A stretch of DNA of 64,000 bases from Pocillopora damicornis. Its lineage: Eukaryota. Made by a program: the position numbers and the translations under genes. The first letter of the stretch is position 1. The number at the start of each line of letters is the position of its first letter. Below are positions 37,901-64,000 of this stretch, in pieces. The stretch spans positions 248,001 through 312,000 of the forward strand of contig NW_020847187.1 in NCBI RefSeq assembly GCF_003704095.1. Direction: 5' to 3'. Below the pieces are notes generated by a model. It was not told where the DNA came from. It saw only the letters and a program-made list of their open reading frames with translations, and ran no database searches.

Positions 37901-40900
37901 AAAGATTGGCTGTCGATGTTGAACAGAGTTGCCATCAAAGAGGGTGGAACCAACTCCTCAGAGATGTGGGCGAATGTCACGGTTGATGACAGTCCAGTGT
38001 CAACACCAGAGCTTCCAAGACAAGCATCTGCCAAGTTGTCACCATCACTCTCCAAGTCTTGCAGTGAATCCGTAGATGTGTCTCCAGGCACAACCAGGAA
38101 GGCAGCAGGTTTGTGAGAATGGCACTGAATAGACTGATTATAAAACAAAGTTTTTGCTTTTGCTTTTGCCCACCAAACACAATCATCAACAGGGATACGC
38201 AGACTCTTTACCTGTAATTCCTCCAGTGAAACACGTGTATTATATTGGAAAGACTTGACACTTCCAGTTGAAATGCCCCACACCACCCAGGCAAAGTTCA
38301 AATTTCCCAAACCCCCCCCCGGCCACGGACATCCAGTTTTCAAATGACTTACCAGGAGTAAATGTCACACTGTTTCTCTGTCAACAGGTTATTTTGTCAC
38401 CACAAGGCTCACTCCCCATTCAGAGCAGAACAATATCAGGGGAGATTTTCTGATGTGTATTTCTGATAGAGAGGTACTCCTGAAGTCTGCTGCTGAGAGG
38501 AGTCAGACAGTGGTCTCATGGTCTGTGGCTGATTTACGAGCTTTTAAGAGTGAACCTGCAGTTAATGTAGCGGCTAAAGATATGCAACTTCTCACACTAC
38601 ATGTTGGAAGGTAAGGTTTTCAACTTTGTAGACAAATAGTGATGTTGTGGAGGTTTGAAAGAACATTGCAAAAGCAACTACACCATTTTAATTTTCAAGG
38701 ATAAAACCAAGAGAGCTAGTTATTCACCCTTCGAAATGTTATGTAAATGGTAAGCTCTCCTTTAGACTTCTGGGAAATTCACTCTTTCTCTCTCTAAACA
38801 GACGCACTGCGACCGGTGAAGGAATATTCCAGTTCTTGACCAAACACGGCGCCACTATCGCCGATGAAATCCGACATCACTCGCGGTACGTCGTCAAGTC
38901 GGCAGCGGAGAAGCGCGAGGCTTTCCGAAGGAGCTCGACAAACAGCCAATCGAGGTCTCCACCAAATCTTGGTTCGCCCAAAAGGCTTTCAAAAACGATG
39001 ACCACACCCACGGGAAAGATTGCGAGTGTACTTAAAAGGGAGAACAGTTTGGCGACTGATCAGGCGAGAAGACGAGCCGATACCGATCCCTTCTTGGGCC
39101 AGAGATTAGGGGACAATGGAGCCGCTGAACAGAGCGAAATAGAAGAAGGCGTTGTATCCCGTTATGATTCCCGATCGAGATCTGCCACCGAGTCGTCTGT
39201 TGAAAAAGCTGGAGATGATGACGTTTTCGTGCCACGGCGAAATTATCCTGAGATTGATGCAAATGTCGGCGTGATCGAGGAGTCGGAAATTAGCCCTTAT
39301 ATCGACCTTGTATCGGACGAGAACGCGGAGCCAATCCACATCTCTGATCCAGTTCCGCTCTCACGCAAAACCTCCACCGATTCCTTTACGAGCAGCAGCT
39401 CATTTGGAAGCGAAGAGGGAAACATGCGCTCTTCTAACTCTCTGTCCAGGACCTTCCCAAACACGCAGTTGATCCCGGAAGAAAATGAAATGGACTCTGA
39501 AGGATATATTAGATGCGAGTTACTGCAAGACAATAGTCGTCCGGCTAATTCTCTACCTAAGACCTTTCCTAACGCACAGCAAATTACGGAAGAAAACGAC
39601 ATCGACTCTGAAGGATATATTAAATGCGAGGCTCTACAGTGTGGGCCAACTGAAAGTAGCCTCGACGGAAACAGGATTGTTTTAGAGTCTGTCGTGTTCG
39701 AAAAATGGACGGATGACCAGATGGGCGAAACCTCTGGTAACCAAAGTCTACGGCGCTCTTCTGTTGGTGCACATTCAGCGAAGAGTAACAGCTCGGAACT
39801 TTCACCAGCTACTGTGCGAGTTAGTCAAAAAACACGCGAGAATCTTCTTTCCCAAATAAAAGACCCAAACTGCGGTGAAATCCAACTGAAACCAAAGTTG
39901 GAAAAGGAACAAGCAGTTAAGTCGGAAAACAGTTTACCACCAAAATCTAAATCAGAAAGTGATGCTCTTCGGGTTCCCTTTAATTTTGATACTTCTAATC
40001 CCGAGTCGATGAAAAATATGTACGAGAAACTTGTTGCTCAGATGGAGAAACCACAAGAGAACGACGTCAACCTCTTTCCATGTTCGCGTTTTAAGCGTAA
40101 CAGTATTGGGGCTGTTTCCGTGGAGACGGTACATGAAGTTCAGCAAACATCGGTAACCTCAGTGACAGGGAAAGTTAATCATCTGTCGCTCAAGAAACGT
40201 TCTGTTATTGAGAAAAGTAATTCTCACTCTGAAGGATTCGCACCACGCCCTCCCTTTCCGGGTCCTCCTCCATTGCCAGTTCGTCCTACGCCCAGCGAAG
40301 CGATCCGAAGACGATCCACCACGGAAATATCTGAAGAACTCCAGAAACGACCCGAACTGGCGGCCGCTCATCGTTCGACATTCTTCGCCAAGGGTATAGG
40401 CAGTGTAGATCCGCAAATATTTCGAATTCCCCTAAAGACTAGTATCAATTCCAGCCACCTGAGCGGAGAAGCGGCCATACAGGCGCGACTTATTGAGAAA
40501 ACTGAAATGAGAGATGAACTGGCTCAGTGTGCAACAAACCTGGCTCCAAGAAGTGAACTTCCGACGTGTTCAATTGTTGACGGGGGAAGTCATGATGACT
40601 TATTAAGTGCCAATAATGATCCCTCAGAGAAAAGTTCATGGAAGTCGACCGAAAATTTAGAAGACGATGGACTTAAAGATATGAAACGTAAAGATTCAAA
40701 GGCCAGCAAACTTGTGAAGAAGGTGTGGAAGCATGCGCGAAAACCTCGGCGGGGAAGTAACGATTCACGAGGTGAGGCGTGCGAAGATGTACCGGAAAAA
40801 CCTCGGAGAGATTCGTTGTCGCCTGGGGATGTCATGGATATTCAAGGACGGTTTTCGGGAAGCGAACCAAGTACACCAGAAGTGTCCCCTCAGATGACCA

Positions 40901-43381
40901 GAAAATCGTCCAAGTCGTCACCAAAGGCCTCGCGTAAGACATCCAGAGAGGAAAAATTAAGAAAAGACAAAGAGTCTCCTGATATCACGGCAAAATTTTC
41001 ATCCGCTTCCAAGATTCTGCGTAAGATATCCAAAGGCAGTGATACAAAGAAAGACGAACCTGCAGTGAAAAAGGCTTCCAAAGAGGAGTGTTTGGAGAAA
41101 GAGGATTTTACGGCTGATCACACAGCAAAACAAACGGCTTCACCCAGTTTATCGTCTACTTGCACTAACAAACAGAAGCAAAGGAAATTTGGAAACGTCG
41201 AACAGTTCCAAATGGACTTGAAGAATGATACTTGCAGATCAAACGAAGTTATTAATATAGAGACTGAAGTGTCTTGTCCAATAAATGGGCTTAGTTCTGA
41301 CATGCTTGACACTGAGTGTCCACAAATCGTAGAGGACAACGCCCCTGCGCCAGCCCTCCCCCCACGGAAGAAGTTCAACCCTCCCCCTTTGCCACCCAGA
41401 GTGGGAAAATCATCAAGTAACTCGAGTTTTACGGCGGCTGCCCATATGAGTACCTCTCTCCCAAATGGAAGAACATCTCAGCCTGTTGCTGCATCGGCGA
41501 GGGAGGGTAGACGACACAATGGATCAAGAAGTAGTGCTTCGAGGGAAGAGTTGCTGCCTCCCCCACCTGTTCCACCACGGAGAGAGAATGCCCAGTCACC
41601 CGATGCTAAGAAGATGATGTCAAACGAACGGACCTCTGCTCGTGCCCCAGTCATTCAGCTGACTTGCTCCTCACCGGAAAATAAAGACGACTGCGTTGAA
41701 AAACGCTTTTCGGGTGAGCTCAAGATTCGAGTTTGTCTACCAACTACCAGCTTTTTTCAGGGTCGAGTTTCTCTTTAACTTTGATTACCATAAATTAAAA
41801 AAAAAATAAGAGGGGTTTCTTCGGTATGGGAACTAAGGGTTATTCAGAAAGTGTAAGGGGATTGGACTGGGGCAAAGTTAGAGAACGAGCGTAAGAAGTG
41901 TTATCCACTCACAACCTCTCGCCTTTACTTCGGGGCAATCCCTAACACATCAGTAGCAAAATCCTCTCCCACCAGTCGTCTGTTCTATTGAGACTCAAAG
42001 TCGAAGAGAGGCACATTTCAGGGTTAAGTGTTCTATCCAAGAAGATAAGGAACTTGGATTATGGCTTCTCGTTTGAGGTTGAATTTTCCCTTCGATGTAA
42101 AATAGTTCTTCTCATCCTAGCATCATTGAACCTAAACAAGTAATGTTAATGCTATCAACATATCTTGACAATGAGATTTTATTTTAATTACGGTAGATTC
42201 CGATGAGGATATGGTAAATTCCCTGAACGATAAGGTAATCGTCTTTAATATATCAGTTTTACGAAGCATCATATCGGTAAACGGAAAGTGTACAAATTAG
42301 TGAAGGTATAGACTGCTTTTCGCTTCAACAGATATTCATGACGTCAATGTATGACCAATGTATGACGTCAGTGCATTAGCCGATGGCTGCTGGTAATTCA
42401 ATTTGCAAAGCATGCAGAGAGTTGGCTTGACTTGCTTGCTCTTTATAGTCTGCTTGGCTTGCACACATAGAGAGTGAAGGAACTAACGTCTTCCCTTTCC
42501 CTCCTGTCTGTGCGCGCATGGTTAGAGAAATATCCTTTGATAAATTCCTAATCACTCTTTGCTCCAAAATAGATGATTTCGGCAGGGGCGGTTAGACTCC
42601 GAATAGCCTTTGCGTTGAATCTTTGTAGAAAGGAAGAGCCTTATGGGTAGACATTTTTCTTTCCTTTTTTTTTTTTTCCTTTTGATGTGCCCGGTAATCA
42701 CGCGTGAAAATAGAACTACCATAACATCCTGAGCAAAATTGTATGTGTGGTGGTTGTAAGTATGATCGTTTCCCCGGTGCGACATAAGAGCGTATTGAGG
42801 TTTTCTGTGAGATACAGCTTGTTTCCATTTCATTTTTATGATCGAGTTAATATTGTTCTGTCTCTTCCCAGGCCCCAGACCAAAGCCCTCCGACCATGTC
42901 AGCCGCTCATCAGGCATATGACTCTCTGTCGCAGCCAGTTCCCCTCCGGCCACCCAAGGGAGAGCAACAAGTCCAAACAAGTGAATTCTTCCGCAGCCAT
43001 ACGAACCAGCAAGTTTGTATTTCTTCCTCTTATTCAGAAACCTTGGAAATGGACGCATCAGATCAGGGTGAGGATTGGTCAGAAGATAGTTCAGGGCAAC
43101 ACTCTTCCCAGTCGAATCACATGGTTGAGTCGTCACCAGGTCCACTTAACTCGGGAGAAATTCGCGTGATAAGATCACCGAGGGAGGCGATGCGTCTGAC
43201 ATTAAACTTGATGAGAGAGGCGTCTGTTGACGATGATGATGTCCCGTTCGAGAGTGATGATAGTAGAATCACTAGTGTTATAGGTGAAAACTTTGAAGGT
43301 CAAATCACGCCGAAAAGATCGAGCACGCCCTTGAATATTGAAAGAAATTCGTTGACACTGTCTAGTGTGAGCATAACGTAG
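34942..43381 (+). CDS. Large docking/adaptor protein with N-terminal PH domain, IRS-type PTB domain and a long disordered Ser/Pro-rich tail (DOK/IRS/FRS-like), about 1400 aa
   Basis: Exons 34942-35046, 37661-38108, 38388-38610, 38802-41713, 42197-42234, 42872-43381 join in frame. PH: IIKYGYMRIK...AWQSKFFVLR...RLEYYKDE...LACDTEQARKDWLSML. PTB: VVSWSVADLRAF...LHVGRRTATGEGIFQFLTKHGATIADEI. The tail has PPPLPPR-type motifs and several Tyr motifs. Confidence 0.85.
39436..39630 (+). repeat. Coding tandem duplication (111-nt period) in the adaptor tail
   Basis: NSLSRTFPNTQLIPEENEMDSEGYIRCE / NSLPKTFPNAQQITEENDIDSEGYIKCE. Confidence 0.9.
42339..42370. promoter_or_regulatory. Pair of perfect CRE palindromes (TGACGTCA) flanking a CCAAT
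   Basis: TGACGTCA at 42339-42346 and 42363-42370 with tgaccaat between, in the last intron of the adaptor gene. Confidence 0.45.
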
Positions 43382-44483
43382 CTTCAACCGCACGTGATTG
43401 GGAAAGGGCGGGAGGTGGGGGTGGGTGTTTGATATAAGAAGCTCCAGCTCATGAAAGCTTAAAATGAAACGAGTTATTTTGGTAACGGGAAATAAAACGG
43501 GGAAAGTGGGTTTGGACTAAGCAGAAATTGGGCCATAATTTACTGGATTTTCCATTTCTCAGTAGTTACAAATACGAATGGAACATCGTAGAACAAAAAC
43601 AGCTTTCATTACTTGCTCTTTACTATGCCATAAAGCGGCCGGCGCTTCCTAAATCAAAGATCTGTGCACGTTTTGATTTTTCATTTTCCTTGCAAAAAAA
43701 TATTCACCGGTTCGATTGCGATCTTGAAAGGAATCGCAGTCATGTTTACTAGATATATCGTGAAGGAAACGAAAACGGCGAATGTGAACGTGGAAAAGAA
43801 GGTCGACTTTTTGTTAAATGAAAATAAATACGGCATCGTTTAATCATTTAGTTAAAACATATTATCGTGTATAGTTGTCGAATAGTGTAGAAATATTTTC
43901 TTGTTTCTTTTCTCCCTCGGTTCAATTTTTATTTAGTAGAACTTTTGACTTGTTCTGTGTCCTGTTACGTAGTCTTGTATTTACATTTATCCTCTTCTAT
44001 GTTGACTCTGATTGGAAAATGAAAACAAGGCTGTCGAGCCTTTAAGTAGCAGGGTGGAATTAGGAGTAAATATAATATTTATGTCTCTTTAACTGGTCGT
44101 GCATCATATTGTAACTGAGTATAAGAAATCTTGCCTTCCATATTTAAACGATTCCTTGAAGGTACTGTGTACCTTAAGAATATTTACCATTTATTGACAG
44201 TTCGTAATGTGGACGAAATTTCGAACAGAATTCCCTCTATTTAAAGTGGTCTTATGCACCCAATAGGTAAAATTTATCGAGTTAATTTTGAATTGTTACA
44301 AGAAGCACTAGCATTGATTATAGAAATTAATTGTAAAGGTGAAAGGTATTTTAATAGCAGTTGCTAAATCATATTTAATGAAATTTACTATTGTGGTAAA
44401 GGTTTGTGGTTGATGATCACATACTGCACTGAATAAGAGAAATTAAACACGCAATAATTTTACTTCGAGTCGATGATCAATCT

Positions 44484-44792
44484 CTACCTCACACCTACTC
44501 TTCTGTAGACTTCGCCGCTCCTGTAATCAGATGTGTCGTAAGCTCCTTGGCAACGAGGTACAGGCGCGGCCTGCGGGGCAGGCATCTTATTACGGCAAGT
44601 TCGGCCGGTAATGTTTGATTTGGAGTCAGAGGGGTTAGAAGGGGGAGCTAAGCGAAAATTCCTATCGTCCAGTTCCCTCTCCTCCGCTTCCTTTTGGCCG
44701 TCGCCCATCCCGTTGATAGTCTTGGTACAATTTTTTCTCTCCCTAGCCTTCCGCTGCTGTTTGAAATTAAAGGTAGCAGCTTTGGTTCTCAT
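44484..44792 (-). CDS. Hypothetical 102-aa basic/hydrophilic ORF, possibly the terminal exon of a small orphan gene
   Basis: The frame stays open upstream of the ATG to about 44905, where a tag| acceptor-like site lies. The block is locally GC-richer than its flanks. No recognisable domain. Confidence 0.35.
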   Translation of the reverse strand: MRTKAATFNFKQQRKARERKNCTKTINGMGDGQKEAEERELDDRNFRLAPPSNPSDSKSNITGRTCRNKMPAPQAAPVPRCQGAYDTSDYRSGEVYRRVGVR

Positions 44793-47137
44793 AAAGAAAG
44801 TCTTGTAAGAGGAGTCTGGAGAAAACGCAAACTTTTGTGAGGGACTTAAGTATGGGAGCCGCCTAAGATCGAAGACTGCACTCGGAAACGACGGAAATCG
44901 AGCCTACCAGTGCTGACTTAGAACACGTTTTACTGGAATTTGAGGAAATACAAGACTTAATCGACAACAAGGGATCGTTTGCATCCTTCCACACACCCAT
45001 ACCCCCAAGCAACGCTTACTTCGAAAAAGGCGAATGAAGTGGTTAAAAAATTAATTTTAATGACGCTTTCATTGCACAGCTTTATCCGATTATATTTTTG
45101 ATTGGCATTACTAGAAGAAATAAATACAAAACTACCAACAGTATAATTCATTTCATTTCACAGATATGACGTATCAAAACCACCGTGCACAGCACAATTC
45201 CTTACGATTACAATTTCTTACGGATAGGGGCGTCCGAAATAAATAATCGACATAAAACTCTCCTAAAGATTTTGACACTATGTTTAAAAGTTAAGAAAGA
45301 GCAACATTGCTAAAATCATTCACCGCCTTTAAAGAACTACAAAACGAAACAAAAGGAAATTCTACGTAAAATTGATTTCGCTCAATACTTATAGGAGGGC
45401 AAAGTTATCTGCCTCGGGTGTGTTATAATTTCGTTTTTGGCAATGAGTAGTCTACATTCCTAATAATAAGATAGTGAAAATACCTGACAGAATTCGCTCA
45501 CTGCTTAGGTATTAAGGTACTACTCTTTCATTCCCAGGAATGTCACTGACGGCCGGAGGTCTGCAGAGCTTTCTTAACGAAACAAAACAAATGAGACCGA
45601 AGCCTCAATAGTGACAAAGGCCATAACAAAATGGTTAACTCGCCTAGCAGATCTATATTTTTCGACCGCACAGACAATCGACTCGCTCTCCTGACTTCGC
45701 GGCCAAACCAGCTCCATATAGATCCTGATAGATATATCAACCATTTTAGTTCTAACAAAAGTTTACTTATTTTCATGTTATAAGGTATATTTTGCATGCG
45801 AGCAGGACGTGAAAACCAACTGACCGTCGCACAATACGAAGAACGCGTGACCAATCTCTATAAGGCTATCACACAAATAAATTTACTTTACGGTGGGCAA
45901 TTAGTTCCTGTAAGTAGTTACTTAAAGCAGCATACGTACTAGATAAATTGACAATAAGGTAACCCAAGCCATAAAGGAATCTAAGCGAAACAGCAAGCGT
46001 AACACATTCAAATGCCAGTTCATAAGAGACCACCGATAGCAAACCGCGTTTTTTGTTGTTTTCCCTTGGTAAGGTTGCTATCTAACGCGGTTCAGCCACA
46101 AATGTAACTGATTTGGTATTGTTCCAACCTTACTGGATGCAAAAGATTTGCTTTCTGGAGAAATTTATAGGCTACGCTAGAAGCGTGGGAATAATGAAAG
46201 CTAATCCACAAGGAAAGTATCTTTAGGAGATATAATAATGTGACAGTAATAATATGTTAGTGTTAACTTCAATTATTTGTGACTGAATTATTTACATATC
46301 TTCAACACACTTCCGAAAGAAAATTTGAAGCGTAATCTCATAAAAGAGCAGAATATGCTTAACACATGTTAAATTTTGCTATCCTGTTTGCAGAGGTCCT
46401 GAACACAGTGAAATGATTCGTTTACAAATTGACAATCAACTAAAATTGTTCTCCCTCTCCGGCATCATTACCATTTACTTTAAAGACGTTACAATATTTA
46501 TTAATAAAAATATGTGGGTATGCCTGGATAATAACACTCTCCAAAGCAAACCAATTAAGAATAAAACATTGTTAAAATATGAGAATAGTTATTTAATGTT
46601 TCTTACTGACCTACTGCTATTTAAGACTGCAAAACAATCGTTACCCCTCCAGCGTTCAATTTGACTGTGCGGATTTTATCAGGCAGAAACGAGGGGGAAA
46701 AGAAGAAAACCTAAGTCAACGAACCTATAAAACAATTGTATGTCTATAGTGTACAGTCTTGTTTTTGACATATATAATAACCATAAAAACATTTTCGGAG
46801 TAAGATCAATTTGGAACTTCAAATAAAACCGCTACAAAAAAATCCTAGAATATCAATCTAATTTCTCGTCTTTTTACTTACTTTGAAGTAAACGACTCTA
46901 TTGCTGTCGCTTCTCCCTCAAATCCAAATAGACTTTTTCAGGAACAAACTAAAACTGTATTAAAAACTATTCAGATTAGGTTAAAAATTTTTTATCCTGG
47001 CAACTTAGACCACGGATGGTAAGAACTAAGGAAGTAAAGAGAAGGGATAAGAACTACATAAAAGGAATTTATTATCTTGCCCTGTACACTGGAGGAATCC
47101 AAGCAGTATGCGGGTGGCGATAGCACTGACACCCAGA

Positions 47138-60211
<13,074 letters not shown>

Positions 60212-63200
60212 CTATTTTGGTACAGAAAAGTAGCAAGATTAGCTTCAATCTGTGTCAACATAGTCATGTTCACTCTCATAACCCCTTCCCCCTCCCCGCC
60301 ACCTTGTACCATAAGACCAATGAATTACACAGGAAAGAGACCCTCAACAAAGAGGTCTGCTTACAGTGTATATCAAGGGGACAGCAGGTTGTCACAAACT
60401 CACTGCAGGCCAAAACATGAGTCATCATTTTCCATCTGATTTATCACCTTGTTTGAAATCTAACAAATACCATGTACAGTATGTAGTTCTTCTGTCCAAA
60501 CCTAAAATATTTCAAATGTGAACTGAGCCAGGCTTTCTTTAACAAGTATTCTTTGTACTAAAATGCTACCAACTCAAATGAAAGGATAAAATGTTCCTGT
60601 TTCAGAGTTTTTATTTAAGGAGTAAGGAGGAAGGAAAAGGTACTTTTCTACAAAGCATTCAAAATATATTATGGATTACTGGAGGGGGTAAAACAGAGTA
60701 CACAAAAATATAAATAAAATTTGATATGGTACATGTCAAGGGATAAATTTTGGTTTGTTCAATTATTTTTTTTAATTTCCTCAGTCACCTAAATTTATGT
60801 GTAACTTCCAAGGATACAAAGTCCAATTATGAAAATTTAAAACTTGTAATTTAGTTTGATTCTGATTTTTTTGTATATGTTTTGTTTCCTAAATAAAATA
60901 CACTTCCAAGAGAGAAATTATATGAAATGCAACAAACTACAAAACCATGAAACTAAATGAAAAGTCCTTTGCAGAAAAAGCTAGGAACAATAATAAAATC
61001 ATTTTAAAAATATTGTCATAATAACCAGGCTAATTTTCCATTTTGTTCTCAGCGTGTAAAGCCAAAGGATGGCAAAACTGAGCTTCACAAAGATATTACC
61101 TTAAAATTATAAAAGGGTGACAGGCATGGAAATTGTCTAAAATACTCATGAACCTAAGTCTTTTTTATTTACGACCATAAAATCTCCATGATGAAGGCAG
61201 AAATTTCTTCTTTTCATTCTTTCTTTTTGGTTGATAATTGGATTATTATTAGTTCAAGTGAGCTCCTTGAGATATTTGAACTTTAATTAAACTGATATCA
61301 TATTGAATGTAAGGACTCAGTGACGTTTCTGGGTACTTTTTTCCCAATAATAAGGAGAGATTTTATCCTTAAAAAGACTGTGTATCTTTTCACATACTGA
61401 TGCAAATGCCAGTATTTCCTTTCATTGTGGGAATTTAGCAACACAACTTTGAAATATTTAGAAATCACCACTTTTTAAAAACAAACTGCAACTCATAAAA
61501 TCAGTTCTTTTTACTGCCATTGTGTAATCATGACAAAACATGCCAAAGACAACCTGAAAAGCCACAATTTCCTCAATCAAATGCAAATCTTGAAACTATT
61601 TCATTTCATATATATATATATATGATTATACAGCATATAACGTAACAAAATCCAGAAAAGAAGACACACTTTAGCCAACAAATCACCTTCTCATTGCTCT
61701 AAATACTTAAACAAAAGCAGTGTTCAAGATACTACAATTTTGCATGACATCTCAAAGACAAAGACATGTAGTCTCTAAGATTCACCCCATAACATGGGAT
61801 TTAACAGCGTAAAATTCACACTGTAAAGGAAAACTTTAATTCAATGCTGTACAAATTGATGAAAATGAAACTGAATTCTACCTTAATTGAGAAGCAATTA
61901 GAAGTGAAGAATTTCCTTTTTCAACCTAAATCCAAAACAGAGATTATTTTTTTACATATTTAAATCTTAGGTAGTGAAAACATCACCCATAATTTCTTTC
62001 AATATGACATGATTAGTAGGAATGTATGCAGATGTAAAGCTTTGTGAGAGTTTCCGAAAAGTCAGATCACTGTTTCACTTAGACAGGAAACTTTTAAAAT
62101 CTATGAAGCCTAACAATAGGTAAATAGAATTTAAAAGATAACCTATCTTTTTCATTGTTTTGTTCAGTTTTTGCATTATGTATTCTGAGGCTGATCACTA
62201 TGGCTACACACCAATAAAACAGTAAAGACTCTGAATTTCTTCAATTTCTTCAATTGCAATACATTTGACCCTTACACTTTCAGGGTAAAATTGACCTCAA
62301 TATCAATATTGTCACTTTTTTCAAATTTTCAACAAAAAGTTGAACTTTTCCTGCTAAGAGTCTGAGTACTTTAAGCACAAGACAGGTGCACTACACAAGC
62401 TACTAAAGGCTTGTTTCAACCCAAACAGTGATTGTTTTGATGAGGAGATTACAGCATAAGATTAGGAGCTGCTTTCAAGCATACTCCTTGGTCCTGGTAT
62501 TAATTTATTGCTTCCTATGTAAATCAAGAAAAGATGATTCTACAGCAATTTACCATGTCATAACAAAGAAACCCTCACAACCGATGAAATTGTAACTTTA
62601 CCGCAAAATTAATTCCTTGGTGTATAATATACACAGAAGCTGTAAGAAAGGGCAATTTACATGATGAAATATTTAAATCACGACAGAATGCTTGTATGCT
62701 CGTGAGCGACTGATTAAATTTCTTTTAGAAACGGAAAAAAACGTCTTTCGTGAGATGAAACAAACAGACTTGCCTTCTAGTATAAGGCATGCGCATAAAT
62801 GCTATTCTGAAAAAGGATGTTAATAAAATAGTGAACTTCATATCGTAATCTTTGTCTTTTGTGCGCTACTTGTTATTTAGCAATCTGAAAAAAAACAAAA
62901 TCCTTGACTCCAAAATGTTTACACTCCAACAGGGAACTAAAGCTTATTTCTATCCTGCATATCTTTACGAAAAGTTGCCTCGTTTCTTTCGCACGTTTCC
63001 CTTAAGACCTCGTCTTTATTTTGGTGCGTAGGCGATCTCTGTATTCAAAGCCTAGTTAGCTTATATTTAACATGTTTCAACCATTATATGTAAATATCGT
63101 TCTGTAAGCAAACCGCTACCAAATAATTCGAGTTTGATAAAAATTCTCGCATGGAGCTTCCGAATGGCGAGACTACAAGTATCAAGGCATTAATAGAAAT

Positions 63201-64000
63201 ATACAAAACTAAACAGCGGTTTGTTCGCCATAAAAGCACTTGCCGAAGCAATAAACAATCTTGTGTCGGTACAAATCGATCGATCTAAAATAAGCGGCTA
63301 GCCAGAGCCCGGAAATATTCAGTTAACAGGTTGTTTCGTCAGATCAGCTTTTAAAAGAAAAACGAACATCGCTTTTATCCAAAATCTCAAGCTTGACATT
63401 CTGATAAAACACGACCCGAACTGAACAACCTTCTTCTGAACGATATCTGGTAAAGCTGGGTATAGCTTTACAAAAATAAAAATCAAACCAGCAATCATTG
63501 CTACTTTAATCCGGGCCCAAAATGCTGTAAACTTCAGATCACGGAGAAAGAGATAAATTGAACAGAAGCGTGCTAGGCTCGTGGACGCCCAAACATCAAC
63601 TGGATCTGTGACCATGTCAATATCAGAGAATGCTCGCTACTCGAAAAGTCATGAAGCACAATTAAGATAAATAAGTATCCTTTTCAGCGCGTTTTTACAT
63701 GTTAGAATTAAAGTAAACGTAACTTCAAAAATAAATCGGCCTTAAATGTTCGATCACGGTATAGCGTATATGAAAAAAAAAAAAAGGAAAGAAAGACTCC
63801 TGTTCGATGTTGCAATTTGCCAAATATTAAAACTCAACCAAGCGTGATTCGATCGACATTGTGTATCTTAAGCTCTCGCCGAATGCGGTTTGTTGTCGAT
63901 TTGAAGTGTACAATAAAAACAACAAAGAAAAGATCACAGGAAATGCACAAGAAGTTCATGAAAAGAAGCGCAATCGAGGCTGAGGAAAATTCATGCAATC

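Noticed and set aside
38192-38348. Apparent extra adaptor exon after caacag|
   Set aside because: Hits an in-frame TGA; exon 37661-38108 splices in frame directly to 38388.
39032-41378. Many antisense and alternate-frame ORFs
   Set aside because: Shadows of the large Ser/Pro-rich coding exon.

Overview
AT-rich, intron-rich animal genomic DNA with two N-gaps (12819-13169 and 31028-31127). The repeat landscape suggests a scleractinian coral, but this is inference. Left to right it holds: (1) a disabled tandem copy of a glutamate carboxypeptidase II/NAALADase-like (M28B) gene, with a 2-nt frameshift and two internal deletions; (2) an intact 17-exon paralog of it; (3) STRAP (+); (4) YJU2/CCDC94 (-); (5) a large PH + IRS-type PTB docking adaptor of about 1400 aa (+), head-to-head with YJU2; (6) an unexplained small ORF region at about 44.5-45.9 kb; (7) a cGMP-dependent protein kinase gene (-) whose N-terminal exon(s) were not found in the window. 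Introns carry many short non-autonomous elements: a TTAA-targeting piggyBac-like MITE family of about 11 copies, a Crypton/DUF3504-like remnant, a tRNA-derived SINE and Penelope-type fragments. I see no clear-cut new biological system. The best leads are the remodelled substrate pocket of the intact M28B peptidase, the DOK/IRS/Gab-like adaptor with duplicated tyrosine motifs and an intronic double CRE site, a hairpin at a deletion breakpoint, a candidate PKG microexon, an overlapping uORF on YJU2, and the orphan ORF. Exon boundaries were read by hand from GT-AG sites and reading phase.
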